In this document: piece by piece, positions 1-11,397 of the stretch
How positions within the stretch are numbered: the stretch's first letter is position 1
How the letters are laid out: each line of letters starts with the position of its first letter
Assembly: GCF_000143415.4 (NCBI RefSeq)
Contig: NW_003314261.1
Span: forward strand, 1,998,117 to 2,062,116
Length of the DNA: 64,000 bases
Reading direction: 5' to 3'
DNA from: Selaginella moellendorffii
Taxonomy: Eukaryota > Plantae > Lycopodiophyta
Notes under the pieces: generated by a model
Told to the model about the DNA's origin: nothing
Database searches by the model: none
What the model saw: the letters and a program-made list of their open reading frames with translations, nothing else
Made by a program: the position numbers and the translations under genes

Positions 1-1014
1 TGTTTGCGATAAAATCCTTAAGGACGGTCTTCTGAACATGTTTTGGAGTTGCAGATGAGTTTCTCATAGTCTCTTTCTACACAACATCTTTGAAATGGTT
101 GAAAGAACTCCTTTGCATCCCTTCCTGCATTGGATGCATATGTGTGCCAACATGCACTACAGCTCTTCCAGCCACTCCATCCCGTAGAAGAAAGTAGTAC
201 ATCTTGGCCTCGCATATAGCATAACATAGAGGAGCATTTTTGCAGAATCAACATTTGAATTCAACAACAATAGTAACACAGGTTGGAGGATTGACTGCAG
301 ACCCTTCGAAAAATATAGAGTTTTTAGAGCAGTCTCAATTGCATGCTTCATCCACACAATCTAAATGCCCGCCACAATGAACTATAGACACTGTGCCTTC
401 AAAATGTTGGAATGTGTGGTCTTGATTTTGCACCAATTGTGGACATCCTGCTTGGTTTCCATCCCCTTCCATTTGGAACTTGTACTACTGACAAGAGGTG
501 GTAGCTCGAAGAAAATGTTGCCATTATAGGAGGATGGAAACTCATTCACAAGCCTATACAAAAACAAGTGCACATCGATTGAAAGGTATGAAAACTAGAA
601 AGCATTGCTAATGGTTTTGAATATTGTTGAAGTTGGAGCTGGAGCTGGTGAATTCGGTGCCGACACTAGCATGACTTCTCCACTTGAACTAGAAGAGGAC
701 GAGAGGATAACGACTGACTCTTGCTTCACATTCACTTTGGCTGGAGCGCATTTTGGCATTTTGACTGGAGATCCAAACACTCAAATTTCCTTCGACTTGG
801 AATTCTGTAAATCCCATTGTTGTCCACCCTCGCCCACACCAAAACGAAGAAACTCCATGTATGCAACTATACCAGTGTCGTTGCGAATCACAGCCTCTAA
901 AGAAATAGAGCCAAGCAGAAGATCAAAACGCCTATATAAAAAACTTTCAGAAACAATACTTTGAGAGAATGAAAGAGGTGGGTGATCTCGAAAATGAAGA
1001 AGAAACCTCTCCAT
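1..1014 (-). pseudogene. N-terminal part of a MULE-like DNA transposase with GCM/WRKY-like Cys/His zinc finger (degraded; continues off the left edge)
   Basis: ORFs 781-1023, 595-780 and 382-573 are one frame broken by single stops. After a frameshift the sequence reads HCGGHLDCVDEAC...FKC*FCKNAPLCYAICEAKMYY...RAVVHVGTHMHP. Bases 1-210 are the reverse complement of a similar stretch at about 20567-20770, which continues into MULE-core-like and SWIM motifs. Confidence 0.65.
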
Positions 1015-1835
1015 CCTTCTCAATAGGTTTTGGAGTTCTCTCTCTTTATGCTACTTGTAAAAATCCATAGTGAAACATAATTAAAATTTAAATAGAGTAA
1101 TAAGAAGACAACGTACAAAATGAATTTAAATTTTATAGCAAATTTAACATGTTCAAGTGTGACAGCATTAATATTACTATCATCTATTATGATGTTTGAT
1201 GCATGTATACACATAGATCCAAGGAAAGATTTTCAGCACGTGAAGTTTGATAGTTAATAATGATACCATTAATGACATTCTGCTATAACGTGTCAAACCA
1301 AGAGATCCAATCTAACTATCAACACATGTGATATGTCAAGTTGTCAAATTTTAAGTGGTAGATGATAATAAATCTTGTCAAATCTTATTCTTCAATGATA
1401 GATTTGATTCGTAGTACAACTCAAGTTTTATCCATAATTGTGAACACTGCTCAATGACATTTAAAGCACGTGCCTATTGTTTAGGATCTAATACAACACA
1501 AAATAAATTTCTGGATGAGGATTCATCAGTTCATAGATGGATATAGTACAACATATTTTAACGTGCCTTATTTATACTCTTTAAAGTTTTTGTAATGATT
1601 CCAAAATATGCACAAAATATTGATGAGAATCCATCCTTTCTAGATAATTTGTAAAATATAATATCATATCTCTAATAACAGAAATGTTGATAGGTGCTAG
1701 TTATACCATCATTAAAATATACAAAATAAAGAAGCATAATTTACATATAATAATAATGATAAGATAAAATAAGATCAAAGATATTGTGATGGTTAAGATT
1801 TAGGTTATTCGGAATGAACGGCCAGGATGAGAGAT

Positions 1836-1876
1836 TGGTTAGGGTTAGGGCAGCCGTCAGGATTAGGGTTAGGGTA
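1836..1876 (+). repeat. Short TTAGGG-type hexamer cluster (telo-box-like)
   Basis: ggttagggttaggg and gattagggttaggg about 200 bp upstream of the ATG at 2081. Confidence 0.5.
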
Positions 1877-1897
1877 GCTGCCAAGATTAGGTTGCGA

Positions 1898-2046
1898 AGG
1901 AGATTGAGCGCGAGCAAGAGAGTTTGAGCCCGCGAGCGGGAAAGATTGAGTGCACAAGTAGGAGAGATTGAGCACGCGAGTGGGAGAGATTGAGCGTGCG
2001 AGCGGGAGAGATTGAGTGCGTGAGCGGGAGAGATTGAGCGCACAAG
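1898..2046 (+). repeat. 22-bp CpG-rich tandem repeat, about 7 copies (GGAGAGATTGAGCGCGCGAGCG consensus)
   Basis: Repeated gagattgag units at about 22-bp spacing, with CG->TG/CA variants. Confidence 0.9.
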
Positions 2047-2080
2047 AAATCTAGCACGATCAAGAAATCAGGAAGGAAAG

Positions 2081-5000
2081 ATGCCACCAAAGGTGAATTT
2101 CAATTTGATTGCTTCCACTTCCATTTTTTTCTTCTTGCTTTTTCTTGATTGCTTCTTTAGGGCCGGCCACCTTGGGCAGTTTTGTTGGCAGAGGGGCCGA
2201 GGTTATTTGAATAACCTCCACCCCTCGGGTGGCCAAACTGCCCGAGGTCGAGCTCGGGCCGGCCACCTCGGGCAGTTTTGCTAGCGGAGGGGCCGAGGTT
2301 ATTTGAATAACCTCCACCCCTCGGGTGGCCAAACTGCCCAAGGTCCAGCTCGGGCCAGCCACCTCAGGCAGTTTTGCTAGCGGAGGGGCGAGGTTATTTG
2401 AATAACCTCGACCCCTCGGGTGGCCAAACTGCCCAAGGTCGAGCTCGGGCCAGCCACCTCGGGTAGTTTTGCTAGCGAAGGGGCCGAGGTTATTTGAATA
2501 ACTTTGGCCCCTCGGGTGGCTAAAGTGCCTGAGGTCAAGCTTAGGCTGGCCACCTCAGGCACTTCAGTGGCTGCCAAGCTCGACCTTGGGCACTTTAGGG
2601 GCCGGAGGGGCTGAGGTTATTTGAATAACCTCAGCCCCTTGGGCAACTAAAGTGCCCGAGATGGAGTCTAGGCCCACTTGATTTTTTTTTTGTCTCTCTT
2701 TGACTGTTTGAATTTCTCATTATCTTTATTTAGTTTGACTAACAAAATTTTTTCTCTTGCAGAAAAGGAAAATTGTAACACATAAAAAGGTTGTTGGAGC
2801 CAAGAAGACATGAGAAGTTTAATTCGGAACTGACGACGACATCACGATCGATATGTCCATTGGCACAACAGAGACACATTTAGTTAAAGATTCACCGCCT
2901 CCACCACCATCACCTCCTCCATCACCACCTCCACCACCGCCATCACCACCTCCACCACCACCTCCACCACCACCATCGCCACCGCCACCACCACTGCCAC
3001 TATTGCCTCTGCCCCTGCTGCCACCGCCACCACCACCAACGCAAATCCCTAAAGTTGGGCAATCTAGTGGTGTTCACAATAGGGAACCTGAGGAACAACT
3101 TGGAGCTGAAAGAGTTGCAAACCTTCTTGACAACGTAGTGGACAAGTGCTTCCAAGAGACTGTTATGTGGACAAGGGAAAAAGCAGTTCACCAAACACTT
3201 GAGGTGCTCAAGTGGCCAGGCCCTTGTGACTTGATCAAAGAAATCCCCTTTTGCCGTTTGTAGCAGACGAACCTTGTCCGCATAACATCCAAGTATGTCA
3301 ACCTGGATATATACAGTTTGTTCAAACAAAATGGCCTTGCAACAAATATCGGTATGTTTTTAGTCTCTTTTTGCAAGCTAGGAGCAACGGAGATTATTAT
3401 TGTCACACCTGAGATTATGAATAGCTGGGATCCTATTTGGAGGAGGAAGTCCCTAGAATTTGATGACATGCTTATTAGACATCCTGAGACTTGATAGCTT
3501 GCGGGGACAATGTTCCAAATTATTGACGGTAACCTCGATATGGAGCTTGGATGAAGTGTATCGACGATCATTTTCGCAATGATCCTATCTACCATATCAA
3601 CGTTCCAGTCAGCCATGTTTACGTGAGGGGACCTTTGGATGTCAACAGACTTATCTTGGCCTGCTAAAAGATCAATACGTAAGTTTTATAGTTTTACCTC
3701 TAACTCCACTTTAACTTGTTTTGTTGTGTTTAAATGTAGGCATGGGCAGTTCGCTGTTCAAAAACCAAACCTTGTTTATGACATCGAGCAACTTCGATTT
3801 TTGGCAGACTTGAGTGAGGATGACATCTGCCAACATTATGGTGATGATCTCGCAACACTTGTTCGGCACTCACGCACACGAAATGACGGTATAACTTGGT
3901 TCAACAACTCAATCAGTTTTATGCTCGCTGTGTGGTGTAAGGTATGTATTTCCCTTTTATTTATAAAAACCTTTTTTAATTGTTTTGGTTTTTAGCCTTT
4001 GGTGAAGGTCAAGTAAGATGCTTACGAACTTGCATATCTGGAGAAGAGTCAAGAAGAGCTCTCAGCTGAGTTTGTACAAATTGAGCACAAAATTCAGCAT
4101 GCAAAATCCTCAAAGTTGAAGAAACTAGTATGCATTGTAGACAATCGCAGGCCGAAGAAGTGGCTAGAGACTATAGTTGAAATTTCTTCTCATGAATGTA
4201 AGTTTCTTATCACACTTCATTTTTCTTAATTATGCATATGTTACTTTTGCAGTGAACAAAACTCCAGATGACATGATTTACAATATCGCAAAATCGAAGC
4301 TTCCATATAAGCAATAGATAGAGACTCTGGAGTTCCTCAATGTCTGCTTGATGAACAGAGAGAAAGGATTGCTAGAATTATTTGAGAACATGATGAGAAG
4401 GGCTGTCTACATCACGCAAACTATGAGTGAAGGTGAGAAGTTCTTGGCACCACACATTGGTGATGATCTAGATGGCACATTCATGTCTTTCGGCACCTAC
4501 ATCAACACGTCATTGGAAGGGATCAAAGAGGGGTGGTTGCCAGAGAAGTTTACAAGCACAACAACTTATGATTGCTAACATGGTTAACTTTATTTCATGC
4601 GATGTGCAGCTTAGGTATAATATGATTTCTAAGACTATTTTTTAATATATATTGTTTACAAGTATCTTTGATATAGAGGCATGCCATTTAAGGCACTAGT
4701 TTACACTCGACTTGTTACAAAGGGTGTAAAGGATGAAGGAATGTACCCAACAATGTTTGCAAGAGTTCCGAAGGCACAGAAGATAGAATGCCCTTAGGAG
4801 TTGGAGCTCTTAGGGAAGGAGACCTCTACACTAGATCGCGAGGAAATTATCAATGCTAGCAATGATGGCAATGCAAGTGACAATAGAGACGAGGATGAGG
4901 AAGCTCCAGATCAAGTTTATATTCCACCACCAGACAGCCAGGAACAGGCTCCAATTCAACCATCAAACAACCAAGATCCGGATCAAGTTCTACTAGTAAA

Positions 5001-6306
5001 TAACAATGATCAAGTGGTTCACAGAATATCACGTCGACCTCGAGGTAAGCAAAAGTGAATTTTACAAACTAAAGGTGGTAATACATGTTTTTTGCAGCAA
5101 TGACTATTGGTAGTAATTTCATTCCAACTCGACAAGATGCTTGTGAAGAGGAGTTGGAGAAACTCTCATCGACAACACGCCATATGGCGATAACATACTA
5201 TTTATTGCTTTTTTCATTCATTTAACTCTTTTATAGGTCCATCCTATGTCCTCAATAACACAACAAGGCATTGTGGGTATCTTCATTGGCTCTTACAGTA
5301 GATTGTTCATATCTTTCATGGAAGATGACATCAACATGGATATATGGCGCCAGTTCAATTGTTGGTGCCGAAAGATACAAAGACCTTTGCTCCCAATTGC
5401 GGACTTCATTCTCTTCAATTTTCCAGATGGTCTTTTAGATATCGATGGGGAAGTTGAGGATTGAAACTTTCTCACACCTGACCACTTGCTTGATGCATTC
5501 CTATTGTCCGAAGCACTTATGCTCGAAGCTGGCCATGTCGTCTTCATCCTACCAAACGACCCCAACTGGATGTATGAGCTTATGAGGTGCGCAGCAGAAG
5601 TTCATTTCAAGTCATTCTCTTCCGGGTGCATCATGGATCCTATTGGCATCGATAGAAGGGGCGTCCAAGGGAAGCCTGAAAAGTTGAGTATGTATTTTAT
5701 ATTTTTATCTAATTTCTAAACATTTTTATTTTCCAGGTTATGATGTGGACCTATCATGCCTTCTGCAGAAACACACATGATGGGTTTTGTGATAGTGAAC
5801 GTGCAGCACGTGTTTTGCTTGGGTACAACAGTTCCACTAACATCATACCCAACCACAATAGAGCAAATCCACAACACGTTTCCAGGGTACCAATTCCGAA
5901 CTTCATTGGCAATGCAAGTCTTGCTTGAGCTCTATTGCCCACCAGATGGTGTTGTGATTGATTGCACAGCAGGTAGCGGTTCTATGGTGGAGGCAGCACA
6001 TGACTCTGGTAGGTTGGTGTTTGCTATTGAAGAACATCATTTCTTCAAACGCTAGCTCAGAGGATTTTGTGAGTTGCCTTCAACCTCAAGGAGGTAAATT
6101 ATGTTTATTAAAATTTCAATATATGTTTCATTCTATTTTATAGATCACAATCACCTAGAGTTTCTAGAATTGGAGGCTTTGGAAGTCTCCCTAACTATGC
6201 AAAAGCCATGGCTCAACATATGCAAAATGAATCTTCCCCACAATACCAATATAAGAGGAAGTATAAAAGAAATCATTATGTTGATGATGAGGCAGAAGAA
6301 AGTTAA
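2081..6306 (+). pseudogene. Multi-exon pseudogene: poly-Pro tract, ParB/Srx-like domain and C-terminal N6A/N4C DNA-methyltransferase-like domain
   Basis: Exon 1 is ATGCCACCAAAG|gt (2081-2092). The intron ends ttgcag at 2762 with branch point gactaac, and exon 2 is in frame with ORF 2853-3263. Reading through stops gives IPFCRL...MFQIIDGN(H)RYGAWMKCI (1-nt frameshift near 3535). Later segments give ADFILFNFPDGL (about 5400-5433) and LLELYCPPDGVVIDCTAGSGSMVEAAHDSGRLVFAIE (about 5921-6030). The last exon ends KRNHYVDDEAEES* at 6306. Several more short GT-AG introns are visible, and several stops are explicable as CGA/CAA/CAG deamination. Confidence 0.7.
2160..2670. repeat. 96-bp tandem array of palindromic (hairpin) units, 4 copies plus 1 variant, inside intron 1
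   Basis: Core GAGGTTATTTGAATAACCTC (variant in unit 4) at 2199, 2295, 2390, 2486 and 2613. Outer arms ACCTCGGGCAGTTT / AAACTGCCCGAGGT. Confidence 0.95.
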
Positions 6307-6344
6307 TTGCATCCTTACATAAAATGGAAAGCTTGTTATATGTT

Positions 6345-6405
6345 AGATGTCAGTGAAAGTGTCAGATGTCAGTAAAATTGTCAGATGTCAGTGTCAGTGT
6401 CAGAT
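6345..6405 (+). repeat. Short degenerate (TGTCAGA/TGTCAG) repeat downstream of the MTase-like gene
   Basis: agatgtcagtgaaagtgtcagatgtcagtaaaattgtcagatgtcagtgtcagtgtcaga. Confidence 0.7.
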
Positions 6406-6637
6406 ACCATAATTGCAGATTATCATTCTCACCTGTCACCATCACTTTGTAGTGCTTGTGTGTTGCCATCTCCTCCTTCAACATTTTGTAAACAATTGTA
6501 TATGATATGATAGCACCTTCTAGAACAAGGTATGTTACCTACAACTAATATCATTTTATTATATTTTTTCTTTTAATAGTGACAATACTATAGTATAGTA
6601 AAGTAATTCTAGATCTTACATTCCACTGTAGGGTGGC

Positions 6638-7060
6638 CTAAAATGCAGTGTTTCCCAAGGGGATGTTGTTCCTCACCATGAAATGATAGTGGATATGTGT
6701 TCATAACTCATTCTTGAATCTATTGTAAATCCACATGTGCACATTTTCCAAACCTGCCGTTGGGTAATTCCTACAATGCTCAAGAAAAGTTTATAAACCC
6801 ATAGAGCCATTTGTTTTGTCCAAGAAAAAGTAGCATATTGGACACCGAATGTAATAGCATTTTGTGCTTTCAAGTAGTCCTGCCATGTCAAAAGCAAGAT
6901 CTTGCAAAAATATGTGGCATTGCTCTTGAAGTGTTGGAGGCAATCCCTCTCTAGTAGCAAGATCCGGAATTTCACATATAGGGAGCTCTAGTTCAGCTTC
7001 ACTAGAGCCCTCAGCTTGTTATGTGGAGGTGAAGGTGGAATGTTGGTAGAACTTGGGGAT
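6638..7060 (-). pseudogene. 3' remnant of a degraded ORF with a CxxC...HC...H putative zinc finger
   Basis: A minus-strand frame not in the ORF track reads EAELELPICEIPDL...YYIRCPICYFFLDKTNGSMGL*TFLEHCRNYPTAGLENVHMWIYNRF...GNTAF*, with 2 internal stops. It abuts retroelement sequence at about 7060. Confidence 0.35.
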
Positions 7061-10000
7061 GTGGTTAAACGATGATCAACCAAAATGGTTGATGGTGAAG
7101 TAGCAAGCTTTGACTTGATTCTTGGCGGTGGTCCATTATGCTAATCTTAAGTTGGTACCTTGCTTTCATAAGAGTTTGCCCATTAAGTTTTGGAAAAGGT
7201 TATAGCATTCACTTGCTATGGCTTGTCGGTTGATCTGTTAGCACTTGGAGTAGATTGCTGGATGGAGAAGATGTGTAATTGAGGCATTAACATTGCTAGC
7301 ACTTGTGTTAGTGAAAGTGGCATTGTTATTTCAAGTGATGAGGAACTTTCCTTAGAACTTAAATTTTCATGTCATTTTTCTTGTTAGTGTTTTAGTTTCA
7401 CATTGGATCTTAAAGGTAATTGAAGAAGAGTGTTAGTGCAATATGGATATTTAAATATATGGTCTTTGTGATCGAGTCTTGATGTTCAATTTGCATTTTA
7501 TGGATGTCGGTGTTAGATGTCAAAAAAATGGGCAAAAGATGTTCAATGCTTAAGCGTGCTATGGAGTTACGAGAATTTGTGTTAAGGTGAACCTATGTGA
7601 AGTTGTAGATAGGAGGAAGTTGGTTGAGTCTTAAAAGTTTGCATTCTTAAACTAAGAGTATTTTTTTGTCTAGAATGGAAAAATTTCCACAAATTTTCTT
7701 AGACTTTTCCAATGGCTAATCTATTGATCACTTTGCTTAAAAACCATTTTGTTTTCATAAGCTAGTACAAACTAGTGAAGGGGTTAGAGTTGACTTTAGT
7801 TAGCTTAAACTTTAGTAAATAGTTTGTATGATGCAACCTAAAAAAGATATTGACTTTTGGGGCTAAGGTAATTGAGTTGGATAGAGTCTAGAGTTGGTGT
7901 AAAAAAGTGGCTATCGCACTTTTGTAGAAAGATAACCCTTGTGCCTTTCTTTTATAACATTATGCTTGGTGGCAGGTTGCACCTTGCATTTCGTTAAACT
8001 CTATGAGAGTAATGAGCTCTTATTGATCTTGATTTAGTCTTGGTAGCTTTTTGCCTTGGCTGAGGATGGTGATGTCCAACTTAGTTGTTTGAGATTGAGA
8101 TGTTGGTACCCATACTATAACTTTGTCTATAAGGAAGTTATGTACCAATAAGAGTCCATCTCATGGTTTACACTTTAGTTTTGACTAAATGTTAATCATG
8201 CAAAGCTAGCCTCTTCAAGACATGCTCAGATCTACTAGCTAGACGTATTAGTGAGCTTATTGCAATTGAGTTGGATTTGAGTGGTCATTTAATTTGTGCT
8301 TGTCTATGAACCTTTATCTTGTATCTAGGGTATGACGTTCATATTGGACAAATATATAACTTGATGACATGAGTTTAGTATTTGGGTTTCGTGAAGGCAA
8401 GTTGAATAGTGATTGTTAATTGCTCTGCAACTAGTGATTACTTATAAACTTCGTCAAGGACTATTTGACACTTGCTTCACTCGATGATGATTTCGCAGTG
8501 ATAGGCTTGCTTTACCGGATGGTGTTGCGGAGGATCATATTATAGGCTTACATGGTTTTCCATGTTGGCATGTCGACTTTACCTCTATTGATATCATTTG
8601 GATACGTTTTATCTGTAATGTTGGATTTCATGGAGTTTTAGATGTGGTGATTCACTCCTTGAGGAAGTGTTATCTATAACTAAGTATTGTTAAAGGATTG
8701 ATCTCAGATATTGACTAAAGTATCTTTGACTTTGGTTAGCTTGATTGTTGGAGAGCTTTAAGTGGTGATTCACTCTTGCTTTCTTCTATTTTTGTTCTGA
8801 TATTGATGGCATTAAAGTGATGTCTTGTTATTGATATTAAGATTCAAATGAGATGAGATGTCTTTTCGTAAGATTGATATTGAGTTTCATTAGTCTCGAT
8901 GAAGATCATGTTGATGATTTGCCTGTAACTTTGTGTTATTAGCATTCGTGCATTTTCTAGTTAGCAACTATATTGATGTTTAAACGAACTGAGTGGCAAA
9001 TTGAGTTAGTTGTGTTCTAGATGAGATTCATTAGTATGGGTTGAGCTTTAGCTTTCCCTTGAAAGGTGATTTAGTTATGAAATATACTAGCTCTACGAAA
9101 GGAAGAGTTAGTGATTGATATTGGAATGTTTGAGTCTTTATTAGAATTGAGTTCAGGATATATTTATCATTGATGATTCTTTTCGTACTTGCTATGAAAT
9201 GAGTTACGTCTTGCTACAATAGGTGGATTCATGAAGAATCGTTTGATGATCACTTGTTAAGCATAACTTCGTTGTGTTTGGCTTTTGGATTGATGCAAAT
9301 ATGCTCTTCATTAGCTTTCGCANNNNNNNNNNNNNNNNNNNNNNNNNNNNNNNNNNNNNNNNNNNNNNNNNNNNNNNNNNNNNNNNNNNNNNNNNNNNNN
9401 NNNNNNNNNNNNNNNNNNNNNNCTTATCAAAAGTTTTTCTTGATTATTGTTAATCTAGAATGATTTGCCATTCTTTGGGATGGTGGAATTTTTTTTCAAC
9501 AATAATTGTACATCTCTTCATTGATGGGATGATTGATGATCTTTTATGATAGTTAGTTATTCTCTTTGATGGCTTGTAGCTTTTTGCATTACCTCACATT
9601 CTTTGTGGTTTGCTTTAGATTGGTCTCTTGGGTTTGAGTTATCAATAGAATGTTGCTGACGCTTACTTAAGCAACTTTGGTTCCTTGGTATTATTGACCA
9701 GGATTTATTCAAATTGACTAGTGTGATAGTTAGCATGAATAAATGTTTGTTGGTCTTACCACATTCATTTTATTTTGTTGATTGTTGCTTGAGTTACATT
9801 TGATAGGTTTGGATGTTATTTCCTTGATACATTTGTGAGTATTGTGCTTACCAGTCAATGATACTTTGTGTTCTTTGAGTTATCTTATATAAGTTGTTTG
9901 GCATCCTATTTGCAATATTTGATTGTTCACTTTTATCATTGAGTTTTCTTGATGATAGATTGGCTATCAAATTTTGTTCCAAGGTAAATCCTATATTTTC

Positions 10001-10681
10001 CAATTATGTTGATCTTGGTGGTTCCTATATTGTAATACTAGTTTATCGGATGATAACTTACTTTGAATACTTTTGTGTTCTAATCTAAGAGTTATTCACT
10101 GATAATTAAGTCTCTAAGATATCATTATTTATGACTTTGATATTGTCTATTTATTGATCTTTGAATTTGGGCTGGTATATATAGACTAGCTTCGGCACTT
10201 CATGTGCATGGTGGCTAGGGTAGCTACTGTAGACTGATCACATCACCCACCTCTCTGTCAATGTTCCTTATTCCGTTAAAAGGGCGTGACTGTGTAAACA
10301 ACTCTAACTGTTTGTTTACAATAGTTTATCTAAACCTTACCGACGGGTTTAGTTTCTTTGCTCAGGAGGGTTGGGGCCTCAAGCTTCTTTCTTTATGTCC
10401 TTGCGGGTAGAGGGCGTATCACACTTTTTGTAAGCTGAGTAACAACCAAAGCAGTAAGGGTGGCTGACTTCGTTGGTCATTTCCTTGTTGGCAACAACTA
10501 GAAGATATCTGATTTAGCGGCGCATCCGCATTAGACAAAGAGGTTACTTTAACTCATTTAAGTTGGTGCATTTCTCACATAGTGTGATCACTGTGAACTT
10601 TTTCTAGAGTTGTTTCCTTGCCAATGGTTTAGACTGGAGTATGCATCGACAAGGATGTCGATCTTCTCTACAATGGGAGAG

Positions 10682-10935
10682 TGTCGCAAATATGACTTCG
10701 GGTATTGAAAGTTACATGTCGGCCAATCTTTATTGACACTCTTTCCTTACTACCACGATAGTAGAAGGTCAGTATTGCTAGACCCTTTATTAGTCCTTCT
10801 TGTGCTAGTTGTCGCAAATATGACTTCGGGTATTGAAAGTTATCTGTCGGCCAATCCTTACGGACACTCTTTCCTTATTACCACAATGGCAGGAGGTCGG
10901 TATTGTTGAACCCTTTATTAGTCCCTCTTGTTCAA
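10682..10935 (+). repeat. About 128-bp tandem duplication inside the integrase relic
   Basis: gtcgcaaatatgacttcgggtattgaaagtta...ccctttattagtcc occurs at 10683 and again at 10811. Confidence 0.85.
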
Positions 10936-11397
10936 GTGTTAGTAAACTGGACTTTGCATCTGTACTTAGCCGGATGAGCATAAGGACGGAATTCCTAAGT
11001 GTCTATTTTGCCAAGCATACTTGGCCCGGCTTTTGAGTTCTCTTTTGCTCTGTCTTGCACTAACTTAACAAAAACCCTCGCATATTGAGATTAATCCCTC
11101 AATATCATTGGATGATAGCTTACTATATCTACCAAACACCTCGCTATCATGACCTTTGTGTTAGTCTCAATTCGGTCCCAAATGCTATTTATAGAAAGTG
11201 TCTAGATTTGCTCATTTGGCATATCTACAGAATGTGAGATTGTTTTGAACACAATAGTGTTTGTCCTGTGTCCAAATTCACAATCTAGGGGCATTCAATA
11301 TTTAGTAAATTTCGAGTTTGTCCCAAAGATTAACTCTTGGTAGTAAGGGAGGCTTGGGGTGAAAGCCTAAAGCATATGTTCCTCAAGGGGTGGAGGA

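Noticed and set aside
1836-1876. True or interstitial telomere
   Set aside because: Only a few interrupted hexamers.
1741-2577. Repeat-derived minus-strand ORFs
   Set aside because: They are artefacts of tandem repeats that lack stops, with no supporting gene structure.
2160-2670. CRISPR-like array
   Set aside because: The sequence between the palindromic cores is itself repeated rather than unique, the context is eukaryotic, and no cas genes are present.
2853-3263. Stand-alone extensin (SPPPP ORF)
   Set aside because: No signal peptide. It is an internal low-complexity part of exon 2 of the larger pseudogene.
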